DNA from: Candidatus Tenderia sp.
Lineage (GTDB): Bacteria; Pseudomonadota; Gammaproteobacteria; Tenderiales; Tenderiaceae
Length of the DNA: 64,000 nt
Direction: 5' to 3'
Assembly (NCBI GenBank): GCA_031416075.1
Contig: JANOSY010000047.1
Span: 1 to 64,000, forward strand
Both the position numbers and the translations under genes were made by a program. The notes under the pieces were generated by a model. The model made no database searches. It saw nothing but the letters and a program-made list of their open reading frames with translations, and was not told the origin of the DNA. Shown one piece after another: positions 37,615 through 49,000 of this stretch. Position 1 is the stretch's first letter. The number at the start of each line of letters is the position of its first letter.

Positions 37615-38319
37615 ATGATCCGCAGCCGACGGCACTCTTTATCGCGCTGGAGCCTCAGGAGATATTTACTTCTGCTGTTATTCCCTGCACTCCTTGGCGC
37701 AACAATTCCAGAGCAATGGGATATCACAGAGATCCAGGTAGAGAAAATTGGCAGCCGTTATGGCTCAGATGCCAAAGCGCGAGTAAATGCATGGCTTACC
37801 CTGATTCAAAACTACAAGAACAGCCCGGAAAAAGATAAGCTTGAGGCTGTTAACCATTTTTTTAACCAGATGCGTTTTGTATCAGATAAAGAGCTCTGGG
37901 GGGCAGAAGATTACTGGGCCACTCCGGTGGAGTTTCTGATTGCCAGCGGTGGCGATTGCGAGGATTTCAGCATGGCCAAATATTTTACGCTTAAAGCCAT
38001 GGGCGTCGCTATTGAGCGCATGCATCTGACTTATGTACGTGCACTAACACCCAACCCAGTCAGTCAGGCACATATGGTTCTAAGCTATTTTATTACTCAA
38101 GAAGCTGAGCCGCTGGTGCTTGATAACTTGACCAATGATATTAAACTCGCCTCACAACGGGTGGATTTAATACCCGTGTATAGCTTCAACGGCGATGGCC
38201 TATGGCTTGCCAAACAGCGCGGCCAGGGACAACGGGTAAGCGACTCAAGTCGTCTGAGCCTCTGGTCAGGTGTTGTGCAACGAATGAAAGGTTTATGGGG
38301 ACAATTAATTGATGAATAG
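37615..38319 (+). CDS. lapG: Periplasmic transglutaminase-like cysteine protease LapG
   Basis: DYWATP.EFL, GDCEDF..AKY, AHMVL, LVLDNL, PVYSFN; upstream of lapD. Confidence 0.93.
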   Translation: MIRSRRHSLSRWSLRRYLLLLLFPALLGATIPEQWDITEIQVEKIGSRYGSDAKARVNAWLTLIQNYKNSPEKDKLEAVNHFFNQMRFVSDKELWGAEDYWATPVEFLIASGGDCEDFSMAKYFTLKAMGVAIERMHLTYVRALTPNPVSQAHMVLSYFITQEAEPLVLDNLTNDIKLASQRVDLIPVYSFNGDGLWLAKQRGQGQRVSDSSRLSLWSGVVQRMKGLWGQLIDE

Positions 38320-38346
38320 CCACTATTTCCACAAGGATGTTAACCC

Positions 38347-40299
38347 ATGACACTGCATCGAGAACTCACCATTGCCATCTCACTGCTGTTTATTGCCCTG
38401 TTTCTTGGCACCTGGATTACCAACATTCAGGGCACCCGTTCATTTCTGGAACAGCAGCTCGCCTCACACGCACAGGATACCGCCACCTCCCTTGGTCTAT
38501 CACTCTCCCCACACATGCAGGAGAACGACCTGATCACCATGGACTCCATGGTCAGCTCTATTTTCGATCGGGGCTATTACCGGGAGATTGTAGTCACCGA
38601 TATGGAGGGCACGCCCATTGTCGAAAAGTATTTGCCCGTGAATATTGAAAACGTTCCGGATTGGCTGGTTGCATGGATACCACTACAAACACCTACACGC
38701 TCCTCACTCATTATGTCCGGCTGGAAACAAGCTGCCACCATTCAGGTCAGCAGCCATCCCGGTTATGCCTATATGGAGCTCTGGTCATCCACAAAAATAA
38801 TGCTCGGCTGGTTTGCCATGCTCACTATTTTGAGCATCGGCATCACCAGTATCGCCCTGCGCTTCCTGCTAAAACCGTTAAAAGCGGTAGAAAAACAGGC
38901 GGAGGAGATTAGTGCACGCAAATATGAGTTACAAACAACGCTACCCAGAACCCGTGAGTTACGCAATGTTGTTGTTGCCATGAACCGGATGACCGACAAA
39001 GTAAGAGAGATGTTTGATGCCCAGGCTAGTACCACAGAACGTTTGCGTGAGCTTGCGTATGCAGATCCTCTCACCGGCTTGAGTAACCGACGGTATTTCG
39101 AAACCCAAGGAGAGTCCTATCTCGACACCGCCATTAGCCAAGGGGCGCTGCTACTAATTCGCCTGGAGGGTCTGCAGGCGTTAAATGTGAGCAGTGGTTT
39201 TGCCACCGGCGATCAATTTATTAAAACGGCCGCCTCACAGCTGAGCAATTTAATGCCCACTGACGAAAACCTGCTCTTGGCACGGCTCACCGGCGGCGAT
39301 TTTGCTGTGTTAATAAAAGATGTTACCGATGCACGAACAGAAGAGCTCGCCACACAAATCACCCATCAGCTGGCACAGCTTTACCCGGATGGGGTAGCGC
39401 ACACCCAGAATGTAGTGCAAATAGGGGTAGCTATCTATTCACAGGGTGATGACTTTCATGCACTGCTTGCACAAGCAGATACCGCGTTGCGTTCCGCACA
39501 GGCAGCCGCACCCAACAGCTGGGCACGCTTCAAACGCAGCGATCACTCAAGCAGCCAGAGCCTGGGGCGTCAGGAGTGGATATTGCAACTCAAACAGGCC
39601 ATCGATAAAAAACTCTTTGTTCTCTATGCACAACAGGCCATGGAGCTGAAATCACCACAACATCGTTTGCACCATGAGGTGCTACTACGACTACCCAGTG
39701 AAGATGGAAAGTTATTCACCGCTGACCGATTCATGCCGTTTGCAGCACAGCTTAATATGATTAAAGAGATCGATTTTCTGGTTATTGAAAAAGTGGCTTC
39801 ACATCTCTCACACAGGCAACACTCCACCCCTGTTGCAATCAACCTATCGTCTGCAACAATGAAAGATGAGGTGTTCATTGAAAAAATTCTGCATACATTA
39901 CAGACATGCCAAACCACATTGATCTTCGAGGTATCGGAGTTTATTGCTGTCCGTGAACTGGACCATGTAAAGCGATTTGCAAAACAGATTCATGCCCTGG
40001 GCCACCATATTGCCGTCGATCATTTTGGACGTGCCTTCAGCTCATTTGGCTACCTTCAATCCCTACGCCCAATATACGTAAAAATTGATGGCGCTTTTAC
40101 ACTCAATATTGCCAATGACAAAGACAAGCAGTTTTACATACGCTCACTCTGTAGTGTTGCACATAGTCTGGACATACAAACAATCGTATCGGGTATTGAA
40201 CATCAAGAGCTGTGGCCAACACTGGCATCACTCAATATTGATGGGGTGCAAGGTTATGCGTCAGGCGAAATAGTTCCACTAGAGCAGCTCGGGCAATAA
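38347..40299 (+). CDS. lapD: c-di-GMP receptor LapD (periplasmic domain, HAMP, degenerate GGDEF, EAL)
   Basis: HAQDTATSLGLS, IFDRGYY, GWKQ; RLTGGDF (degenerate GGDEF); HEVLLRL and VDHFG (degenerate DDFG). Confidence 0.93.
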   Translation: MTLHRELTIAISLLFIALFLGTWITNIQGTRSFLEQQLASHAQDTATSLGLSLSPHMQENDLITMDSMVSSIFDRGYYREIVVTDMEGTPIVEKYLPVNIENVPDWLVAWIPLQTPTRSSLIMSGWKQAATIQVSSHPGYAYMELWSSTKIMLGWFAMLTILSIGITSIALRFLLKPLKAVEKQAEEISARKYELQTTLPRTRELRNVVVAMNRMTDKVREMFDAQASTTERLRELAYADPLTGLSNRRYFETQGESYLDTAISQGALLLIRLEGLQALNVSSGFATGDQFIKTAASQLSNLMPTDENLLLARLTGGDFAVLIKDVTDARTEELATQITHQLAQLYPDGVAHTQNVVQIGVAIYSQGDDFHALLAQADTALRSAQAAAPNSWARFKRSDHSSSQSLGRQEWILQLKQAIDKKLFVLYAQQAMELKSPQHRLHHEVLLRLPSEDGKLFTADRFMPFAAQLNMIKEIDFLVIEKVASHLSHRQHSTPVAINLSSATMKDEVFIEKILHTLQTCQTTLIFEVSEFIAVRELDHVKRFAKQIHALGHHIAVDHFGRAFSSFGYLQSLRPIYVKIDGAFTLNIANDKDKQFYIRSLCSVAHSLDIQTIVSGIEHQELWPTLASLNIDGVQGYASGEIVPLEQLGQ

Positions 40300-40301
40300 A
40301 A

Positions 40302-40326
40302 AAGCCCTCTGTAAAACAGAGGGCTT
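40302..40326. terminator. Terminator between convergent lapD and tolC/lapE
   Basis: AAGCCCTCTGT-aaa-ACAGAGGGCTT, preceded by an A run (U tail on minus strand). Confidence 0.8.
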
Positions 40327-40338
40327 GTTATCCAACAA

Positions 40339-42225
40339 CTACTTCACTTCAGGTTCTACCTGCCGTGTTACCTTGATGTTAACCTCAACCCGGCGATTAC
40401 TGGCACGCCCCTCTTCTGTTTTATTGGTTGCAACGGGAACATCTTCTCCCATCCCGTTCACCGACAACAGATCACGGCTTATACCACGGGATACCAGATA
40501 TTCAGAAACGGCCTCAGCACGCCTCAATGAGAGCGACTTATTGTGTACATCACTACCTTGGCTATCGGTATGACCCACAATCTCTACTCCACCGATATGT
40601 TTAATCTTACCCAGCTTAACAGAGAGTTCATCCAGTTCAGCCTTACCTGCCAGCTTAATCTCTGATTTGTTACTGTCAAATAGCGCGCCCGCTTCCAGTG
40701 TCAAACGCTCCAGAATCACTGGGGGCATATTTTTCTCAATCACCACCGGGGCACCTGGCACCTCAACAATCCGCTCAACCACAATTTGAGAAGGGCGGGC
40801 AGGAGGTGGCGGGGCCATCGTCACTTTTGGTGCAGGCCCCAATGGTATTGCATAAGGCACCTGTTGTGCGGGGAACTCTGGCACACAGTTAATGGCTGGC
40901 ACGTTATCGGTCAATGGCTGTGCTTCCGGGGGTAACTCCACCATCAAGGTACTTAAGAGCTTGCCTTCACCTGCCATCACACGGTAACTGGAAAAGAGCC
41001 GATCAAACTCTGCATTGGTAAACTCTTTACTGGCACCAAACACTTCATTTTCTGAATCAAGCAGATCCAGCAGGCTCCGCTGTCCCAGATTAAATTGGCT
41101 ACGGTAGTTGTCTCGTGCACTCAGGGTGGACTCGAGGCGCTGTCTCAAATAGATTGTCTGGGCATCCGTTGTTTTGTACGCATTCCAGGAGAGCCTCATC
41201 CCTTCCACTACTTGACGGCAGGCGTGATTACGGATCTCTTTGGCCTCATCGATCTGATGGAACGTCTGTGCCCGCCGTGCTTTATCCTTGCCACCGGCAT
41301 ATATGTTATAACGCATCCGTATCATGGCCGACAGCGTATTGTTATCACCTTCAACACCCGATAGATCTTCATTTTTTGAAGCACCCAACTCCAAATTCAA
41401 TCTAGGCAGATAAGGTGCTTTTGCCACATCATGCTGCTCCTTGGCTGCCTCAATATCGGCTGCCGCTGCTTTTAATACGGGGTGATTCTCCACCGCATAT
41501 TTAACAGCGCCAGGCAGTGTTTCAGGGATTTTATCGAAAGGTGCTGAAGGCGCAGTCAAATTATTAGGGGCTGCATTCACCACTCTGTAGTAATTTATTT
41601 CAGCTTCGCGCAGGTTGCTCTCTTCTGCCATTAAATTAGACTTGGCCAATAACAAACGGCTTCGAGCTTGATCCACATCCACACCACGGCCAATACCGGA
41701 GGCACTACGTGAGCTGACCTGTTCATAGGTTTTTTCGTGGCTGGCAAGATTATCTTGCGCTAATCTTATCAACTCCTGACGACGCAGCAGCTCAAGGTAA
41801 ACCTCAGTAGTTCGCAAGGCAATCTGCTCTGCGGTAGCATGCATAGAGTAAGCGCGCGAATTAGCACGCTCCGTCTGACGCGCCACTTCATTGCTAATAG
41901 CACCACCCGCATAGAGTGGCTGGCTCAATGTTGCCCCCAGCTCTTTGCGAGTCAAACTACGCCAATCGTATCCCCCTGCACGAGTTGTAGGATTGTCACT
42001 TTTTTCCCGACCTATACCCGCATTAAGTTCAATGCTTGGATAATAGCCAGCCTTGGCCTGTCGCACCTCCTGATCAACAGCGAGACGAGTATTTATCTTT
42101 TCCAATACATCGGGATTAGTTGACAACGTCTGCCGCACCACTTCTTCCAGGGTCTGGGCCTGTACAGAAGGGGCTGCGGCAAGTGCCATCAAGACCATAA
42201 GCCTGCTGCGCTTCAAGGTGATCAC
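40339..42225 (-). CDS. lapE: TolC-family T1SS outer-membrane channel (LapE/AggA-like) fused to a C-terminal OmpA-like domain
   Basis: Signal peptide; QFNLGQRSLLDLLDSENE; Pro-rich linker; GHTDSQG, LSLRRAEAV, NRRVEV. Confidence 0.9.
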   Translation of the reverse strand: MITLKRSRLMVLMALAAAPSVQAQTLEEVVRQTLSTNPDVLEKINTRLAVDQEVRQAKAGYYPSIELNAGIGREKSDNPTTRAGGYDWRSLTRKELGATLSQPLYAGGAISNEVARQTERANSRAYSMHATAEQIALRTTEVYLELLRRQELIRLAQDNLASHEKTYEQVSSRSASGIGRGVDVDQARSRLLLAKSNLMAEESNLREAEINYYRVVNAAPNNLTAPSAPFDKIPETLPGAVKYAVENHPVLKAAAADIEAAKEQHDVAKAPYLPRLNLELGASKNEDLSGVEGDNNTLSAMIRMRYNIYAGGKDKARRAQTFHQIDEAKEIRNHACRQVVEGMRLSWNAYKTTDAQTIYLRQRLESTLSARDNYRSQFNLGQRSLLDLLDSENEVFGASKEFTNAEFDRLFSSYRVMAGEGKLLSTLMVELPPEAQPLTDNVPAINCVPEFPAQQVPYAIPLGPAPKVTMAPPPPARPSQIVVERIVEVPGAPVVIEKNMPPVILERLTLEAGALFDSNKSEIKLAGKAELDELSVKLGKIKHIGGVEIVGHTDSQGSDVHNKSLSLRRAEAVSEYLVSRGISRDLLSVNGMGEDVPVATNKTEEGRASNRRVEVNIKVTRQVEPEVK

Positions 42226-42515
42226 TAATATTCTCCATTTAGTTAATAAGCGGTTTTATAAAACCATATTCAAAACAAATCAATGCATTTATAGGCAATA
42301 TTCAGACGTTTGCAGCGCTTCAACATCTTGCACAACAACTAGATTACACGTCTGTGAAGCCCAATATTTATAAAACCCGCGTTTGCAACCATTGCCATGC
42401 CAATAATGACACCAAAAATATCAATGTCGCCGCTATTTTAAAAAATCGAATCAATAATTAAGAGTTTTTATATTTCATACATGTCCATCCATGGCCAATC
42501 GGTGGTGTAGCACCG

Positions 42516-43850
42516 CTAATGCTCAGTCAGCGCCCGCTCCTTAATTTTGAGGATTGGCTTAAGCAGATAGTCCAGCACCGTTTTTTTACCTGTCTTTATA
42601 TCAATCACAGCAGTCATCCCTGGGATAATATTCAATGGTTTCTTCTCCGTGCCTAAATAGCTCTTCTGAGTCCTAACCAAAACCCGGTAATTACTTTCTT
42701 CTCGCGCCCCATCTTTAGCCTGGTTTTTAATGGTATCAGCACTAATATGTTCCAACAAACCATCTAAGCCACCATAAATAGAGTAGTCATACGCTGAAAT
42801 TTTAACGACAACAGCCTGGCCAGGATGAATAAAAGCAATATCCGATGGTTTGATCTGCGCCTCAATCAAAAGCGAATCATCCAAGGGGACAATCTCCACC
42901 AAATCCATACCGGGTTGAACCACCCCACCAATCGTGTTTATTTTCAACTGTTTTACAATCCCTTTGACAGGTGAAAGTACCAATGTGCGTGTCACTCTAT
43001 CTTTCAGACCCAGTAATGTCTCCCTGGTCTCGGAAAGTTCAGCATTGGCCTCCGTCAGCTCATCCAGCGCTTTTGTACGAAAACCGATCTTAACATCCTC
43101 CATTTTGCGACTGATCTCATTCATGGCCGCTTCCAGCCGGGGAGCACTGAGCGATGCCTCATCCATCTCCCCTTTAATATCATTAACAGTACGCTGCAAT
43201 CGTAAAATCTCTACGGGTGATATCGCCCCTTGCTGCACCAGCGGCTCTGACATGGCCAGCTCTTGTTTGGCCAGATTATAACTGCCTTTGAGTGTGTTTA
43301 TTCGTGCACGCAGCTCATTTAGCTCCTGCTGTTTCTGTGTTTTTTGCTGTTTTAAAATATCTACTTTATTAGCCATTTCCATTTGACGCGAATCATACAA
43401 TGCCTTTTGATTCTGAACGCTCCCCTGATTCTGCTTTTTTGCATCAAGGGCAGAACCTGAGTCATCTTTCACTTCTGTGGACAGTCTCTGAACACGTGCC
43501 AGAAGATCCTGATATTTATGTTCGGTCTCGCGAAAGGTTGAGGCAAAACGGGTATCATCGAGGCGCATCAACGGCTGATTTTTCTCTACCACATCCCCCT
43601 CCCCAACCAACACCTCCGATAAAATCCCCCCTTCCAGGTTTTGAATAACCTGGATTTTACTGGAAGGAATCACCTTGCCCTGCCCTGTCGCCATCTCATC
43701 CAAGGTGGCATTGGCCGCCCATATTAAGGCCACTATAAAAAACAGTGCGGTTACAATCAGAATCAGGTGGTAACGCAACCGAACACCAAATGAGCTTGCA
43801 GCAGCGACGTCGGAAATAAAATCCAAATCTTCAGGGAAGAGTTTCTTCAT
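42516..43850 (-). CDS. lapC: T1SS membrane fusion protein (HlyD family)
   Basis: GKVIPSSKIQVIQNLEGG, SPVKG, DIAFIHPGQ, YDYSIYGGL, PGM. Confidence 0.93.
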   Translation of the reverse strand: MKKLFPEDLDFISDVAAASSFGVRLRYHLILIVTALFFIVALIWAANATLDEMATGQGKVIPSSKIQVIQNLEGGILSEVLVGEGDVVEKNQPLMRLDDTRFASTFRETEHKYQDLLARVQRLSTEVKDDSGSALDAKKQNQGSVQNQKALYDSRQMEMANKVDILKQQKTQKQQELNELRARINTLKGSYNLAKQELAMSEPLVQQGAISPVEILRLQRTVNDIKGEMDEASLSAPRLEAAMNEISRKMEDVKIGFRTKALDELTEANAELSETRETLLGLKDRVTRTLVLSPVKGIVKQLKINTIGGVVQPGMDLVEIVPLDDSLLIEAQIKPSDIAFIHPGQAVVVKISAYDYSIYGGLDGLLEHISADTIKNQAKDGAREESNYRVLVRTQKSYLGTEKKPLNIIPGMTAVIDIKTGKKTVLDYLLKPILKIKERALTEH

Positions 43851-46033
43851 GACTGCGCGACCTTTACCTTGCCGCTATTAAGGGCCTCAAGCACCTGCTC
43901 CTTGGGACCATCAGCCACAATACTGCCATTATCAACCACGATAATACGACTCACCAGTTTCAGCAGAGAGGCTCTATGCGTCACCAGCATCAAGGTTCTA
44001 CCTGCCACACAATTTGCCAGACGCCCTTTAAGCTGCTCTTCCGTAGTATTGTCCATAGAGTTGCTCGGTTCATCCATAATCAAAATAGGGGGATCATGCA
44101 ACATAGCCCGTGCAATGGCCATGGCCTGCCGTTGCCCTCCCGACAACCCTTCACCCCGCTCGCCAATTTGCAGATCAAAACCCATGGGGTGTCTGTTTAC
44201 AAAGTCCGTTACCCCGCCAATTTCCGCCGCACGCAGTATGGCCGCATCTTCAGCATAGGGCATGCCCAGACAGATATTGTCTTTGACGTTACCGTAGAAC
44301 AGCATAATATCCTGCGGAATGTAGCCAATATTACGGCGGATATCGATAGGATCGAGCTGTCGCATATCTGTACCATCAAACAAAATGGCCCCTTCTGATG
44401 GCTCATAGAGTCCCAATATCAGCTTCTCTAGCGTTGATTTCCCCGATCCCACTCGACCGATAATGGCAACATGCTCACCCGGAGTAATTTTAAACGAAAC
44501 ATCTTTCAGTACCTCCACCTCTTGCCCTGGATAACTGAAAGAGACATTTTTAAACTCTATTTCGCCAACAAATGAGTCTCGATGCAGAAACACCTTGTCA
44601 TGACCACGCTCAAGAGGCATCTCCATCATCTTACTTAACGTACCTAATGATGATTTGGCATGGTGATACTTGGTTAATGTAGCAACCACTTGTGACAATG
44701 GCGCTAACGCCCGACCGGTCAGAAGTGTACACGCCACTAACGCACCCACCGTCAACTCACCGGCAGCTATAAAATAGACACCCAGCAATATCACAGCAAC
44801 CGTCGAGCTTTGTTGTACAAACGCAGTAAAGTTGGTGGCTGTCGATGACAGAAAACGGACTTTTAAACTCAGTTTGGCAATCGAACCGACTGCCTGCTCC
44901 CAATGGTGCTGCCGTGGGCCTTCTGCCCCCATGCTCTTGATGGTCTCAAGCCCGGTTAATGTCTCAATCAGCGCGCCATGTTTTTGTGCTGAGTGTTTAT
45001 ACATGTCATGAATAGTTCTGCCCAATGGCACCTGAATTATCAAACTTACCACAACAGCCAGTGGCAACAACAATATAGGTATCCAGGCCAAATCACCGCC
45101 TATCATCCATATGATTAATATGAACAGTATTGCAAAAGGAAGATCAATCAATGCGGTCAGGGTAGTAGAGGTCAAAAAGTCTCTGACCGTCTCAAACTCC
45201 TGCAAATTATTTGCAAATGCGCCAACAGATGCGGGTCGAGATGACATTTTAATACCCAGCATCCGTTCATACAGCGTTGCAGAAAGCATGATATCTGCAC
45301 GTTTGCTGGCGACGTCAAGAAAATATCCGCGTAATGCCCGCATAACAAAATCAAACAAAAAGACAACCATGACCCCAATCGCCAACGCCCACAAGGTCTC
45401 AATTGCGCTGTTTGGTACGACACGATCATACACATTCATGGTGAATAGCGGCGTCACCAGCGCAAACACATTGATCAAGATCGAGGCAACAAACACTTCA
45501 CTGTAGATTGGCCAAGACTGTTTTATCGTATCCCAGAACCAGCGATTGGGACGGATTTGCTGAATGTTGTTGGTACGGCTGTCATATTTATATGCTGGCC
45601 GAACAAAAATAGCATGGCCACTATAAGTTTTAGCGAGTGTTTCTTGATCAATCTCAGCAACACCACCACCAGATTCGGGCTGAATAATACGCAGTTGACC
45701 ACTGTCCGTAATAGACTCCAGAATGCAGGCCTGTTTGTTCGCCAATAACAGTATGGCTGGTAACACCAGCGCGGATATACTGCCCAGTGGCCGTTTAATC
45801 AAACGGGCAGATAGCCCTGCCCGCTCAGCCGCTCGTATAAAAAGTGTTGGTGTAAGTTTGTTGTCTACCAGAGGCAAAGCCGCTGTCACCGCCGCAGTGC
45901 ACGGCCGCTCAAACATTTTAGCGATAACCATCAGACATCCCAACAAGGGATCGTCATGCATCTCCCGCGAGACAGAAGACTCCCACGCAGCGGTGCCTGA
46001 CTCAGTCGCACCCTGATCAGCTTGTTGTTGCAT
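43847..46033 (-). CDS. lapB: T1SS ABC transporter (C39-like + permease + ATPase)
   Basis: MNVYDRVVPN, GRVGSGKST, LSGGQRQ, MDEP. Confidence 0.94.
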   Translation of the reverse strand: MQQQADQGATESGTAAWESSVSREMHDDPLLGCLMVIAKMFERPCTAAVTAALPLVDNKLTPTLFIRAAERAGLSARLIKRPLGSISALVLPAILLLANKQACILESITDSGQLRIIQPESGGGVAEIDQETLAKTYSGHAIFVRPAYKYDSRTNNIQQIRPNRWFWDTIKQSWPIYSEVFVASILINVFALVTPLFTMNVYDRVVPNSAIETLWALAIGVMVVFLFDFVMRALRGYFLDVASKRADIMLSATLYERMLGIKMSSRPASVGAFANNLQEFETVRDFLTSTTLTALIDLPFAILFILIIWMIGGDLAWIPILLLPLAVVVSLIIQVPLGRTIHDMYKHSAQKHGALIETLTGLETIKSMGAEGPRQHHWEQAVGSIAKLSLKVRFLSSTATNFTAFVQQSSTVAVILLGVYFIAAGELTVGALVACTLLTGRALAPLSQVVATLTKYHHAKSSLGTLSKMMEMPLERGHDKVFLHRDSFVGEIEFKNVSFSYPGQEVEVLKDVSFKITPGEHVAIIGRVGSGKSTLEKLILGLYEPSEGAILFDGTDMRQLDPIDIRRNIGYIPQDIMLFYGNVKDNICLGMPYAEDAAILRAAEIGGVTDFVNRHPMGFDLQIGERGEGLSGGQRQAMAIARAMLHDPPILIMDEPSNSMDNTTEEQLKGRLANCVAGRTLMLVTHRASLLKLVSRIIVVDNGSIVADGPKEQVLEALNSGKVKVAQS

Positions 46034-46088
46034 TACCAATATCCAGCACCCTTACTTTTAACATCACAGTTATCCAGCGGGATATTCA

Positions 46089-49000
46089 TCAATTCACGTG
46101 AACAATAACTTCAGTGCCCAGCTGATCGATAATTAACTTAACATCTGCACCAGAGGTTATTCCTGACAACTTAACAACATTTGTACCATTAGCCGTTCCG
46201 TTAGGGTCAATGGAGAGCATGCCGGTTGCATCCACACGAACGAAGTTGTTGATATTTCCCTGCGTTACACTAACGCCCTCCAGCACATCTGCAATATTCA
46301 ACTTATCATTTTCAGTCGGTGAGTTTTTATTGTAGTCAGTAATGGTGTCAATGCCCTCACCAATGTGGCGTATGACAAAAATATCGTCCCCTGCACCACC
46401 GGTGAGAATGTCATTACCACGCCCACCAATCAGGACATCATTCAGGGCACCGCCAACCAAGGTATCGGCCCCATTACCGCCAAGAAGAACACGTGCATCT
46501 TGTCCTTTAACGGTAGCGCCCGCCGAATTCACATAGTCATCAGTTAATATCGTGCCAATCGCCGTATCCGCACTGTCGTTAACAAAACCTGACACCACCT
46601 GTTTAACACGCAACGTCAGTGTTTCATTCGGTTCAATACGATCATCCTCAGTCGTACGAACCCTGACCTGCATCTCGGTCTGTCCTGCAGCAAACGTCAC
46701 CACGGTGCCAGTTGTTCCTGATGCATTTATCCAGGTAGAGGCACCGACGACCCCAAGCGTTATGCCACCGTTAGGCGCATAATCACCCGTATAATTAGTG
46801 GAATACGTGAAATTTGTGGCTAAGAAATCTGAATTTGCAATCGTGGCAGTTTTACCGAGCGCCTCCAGATCCAGGCTGATCGATTGTGCACTGGGTTTAG
46901 ACAACTTCACCGTAAACAACAGATCATTGCCTTCTGATGCCCAGGCATTGTTAATGGTAACCGCCTGATAATCAACATTATCAATAATCAGGACGCTCAC
47001 GGGCGTGGTAATGGCGCTCACCGTACCTGCCGCACTGGTAGCACTGGTGATCACGGCACTAATGGTTTCATTATTTTCATACACCGTATTGTCAATCGTT
47101 GGGATTGACACAATTACACTTACCGCACCCGCCGGGATTGTCACTGTGCGTGTACCCGCACCACTATAATCACTACCGGATGATGCCGTATCACCGGGTT
47201 GGCCGATAACAAGCGTAACCACAGTATCCACAGAGCTAGGTACCGTCTGGCGCAGTTCAAATATTATTGGCGCGCCTTCCGCCGCATTGGATGCCACCAG
47301 ATAAACCGTAGGCAACTCAGTGATACCCGCTGTAGCAGAGGCCATTGCACCGTTGGATTCTGTGGCTGTGACAGCGCCCTTCATCGCGTTAATTTGCTCA
47401 CCACTAAGAGGCGCTTGTGACAATATCGTGATGGTTTTACTAACATCAGAGGTCACAGGGATAGTAGCGCTGCCATTAATAACAGCAATGGCTGATCCAT
47501 CCGCCCCTTTTAATGTTGCACCCGCTGGAATATTGCTGAGTGTTACTGCTGATAAACTCTCACTACCATCCTTATCATTCAGCCCAGCCAGGACATTCAC
47601 CGAATACTGATACCCAGTGATAGAGGGTTGGGTCACCTGCACATTGTCAAACTCCACACCATTGTCATTATCAAACACATACATACCAATGGTTTTTATT
47701 GCTGGGGCCGATTTTGCACCATTCACCACTGTGCCATAGGTGTAAGAGATCGATGGATTAACGCCAGGATTCTGACCAGTATCATCCTTCAGATACACCT
47801 TAATATCTGTCTGACTCACCTGGACTTTCATGTTAAATCCATTTGGCGTTGCAAAATTACTATAGGCACCCAAATAGACTGGTGCACCGTTAACCATCTG
47901 CACAAGCGTTATTTGATTGGCCACGCCAGGATAGTTTCCATACTGACTACCGCCAGGCAGATAAATATCACCCGGATTTTCCCACCGCGCCATAAAATAA
48001 TTACTGTCATCGGTATAACCAAAAACAATCCCCACTCCGTTATTTTGCTGGCTGGCATCATAACCAAAAAGATCGGCAGATACGGCGTACTGAGTTACCG
48101 TGCTGAAACCTTTATTGGCAAGATTAAACGCCATCATTCCGTAAGCATCATCACTACCAGATCCACCATTTGCGTTATAGGTTAATTGATCAGTCGTAGT
48201 GTTGACCTTCCAGAAATCGAGCCACTCACTATCAGATGTATTTCCCTGCCACGCCACTGAGTTGAATGGAGTACTTTCATTGAGTGCTGTACTGGGATTA
48301 TCAACAAAACTATTAAACGCCAGCTTGGTTGGAGTCCAGCCAGCGTTCTCAAAACCATCCGTAAAGGTCTCTTTAAGAATAGTTTGCGTAGCGGCAACCG
48401 GCTCCATCGCAGTTAAATTCAACTTCAATGAGGGTGCATCAGCCACTGGCGTTACATTGATGTTTGCTGTTGCCGTACTGGTACCACCATGGCCATCATT
48501 CACAGTATAGATAAAGCTGGCGGCACCACTGTAATTGGTGACTGGCGTGAAGCTGATCGTCCCATCCGCATTAAGCACAACAGTTCCATTTGTCGCCGCG
48601 CCCACAGAAGTAATAACAAGCGTATCACCATCTGCATCAACATCATTAGCCAACAATACAGATGGCAGAACAGTAAGCTTCACATCCTCCGCCGTCGAGA
48701 GTTGATCATTTTTAGCAACTGGGACATTGTTATCAAGAATAGTCCCCACAACGGACACCGAGGTATAACCCACCGCTCCATTAACATTCTCAGCCAAAAC
48801 AATTTTGGCGCTAAACGTCTCATTCCCTTCAACCAACGCATCCATCATTGTCGGTACCGACACAATGACTGAGGTACTTCCCGCTGGGATAATAAAAGTA
48901 TACGTTCCTGCCACGTAATCCACGCCAGCCATTGCAGTATCACTTTTATTCGTAAAAATAGTGACCGTAACGGTTGTATCGCGACTACTGACTTTATTCA

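Noticed and set aside
38347-40299. Active diguanylate cyclase/phosphodiesterase
   Set aside because: GGDEF and DDFG motifs are degenerate, and the lapG context indicates a receptor.
42230-42510. sigma54 promoter upstream of lapE (TGGCA..TTGC)
   Set aside because: GG-to-GC spacing does not fit the required 10 nt.
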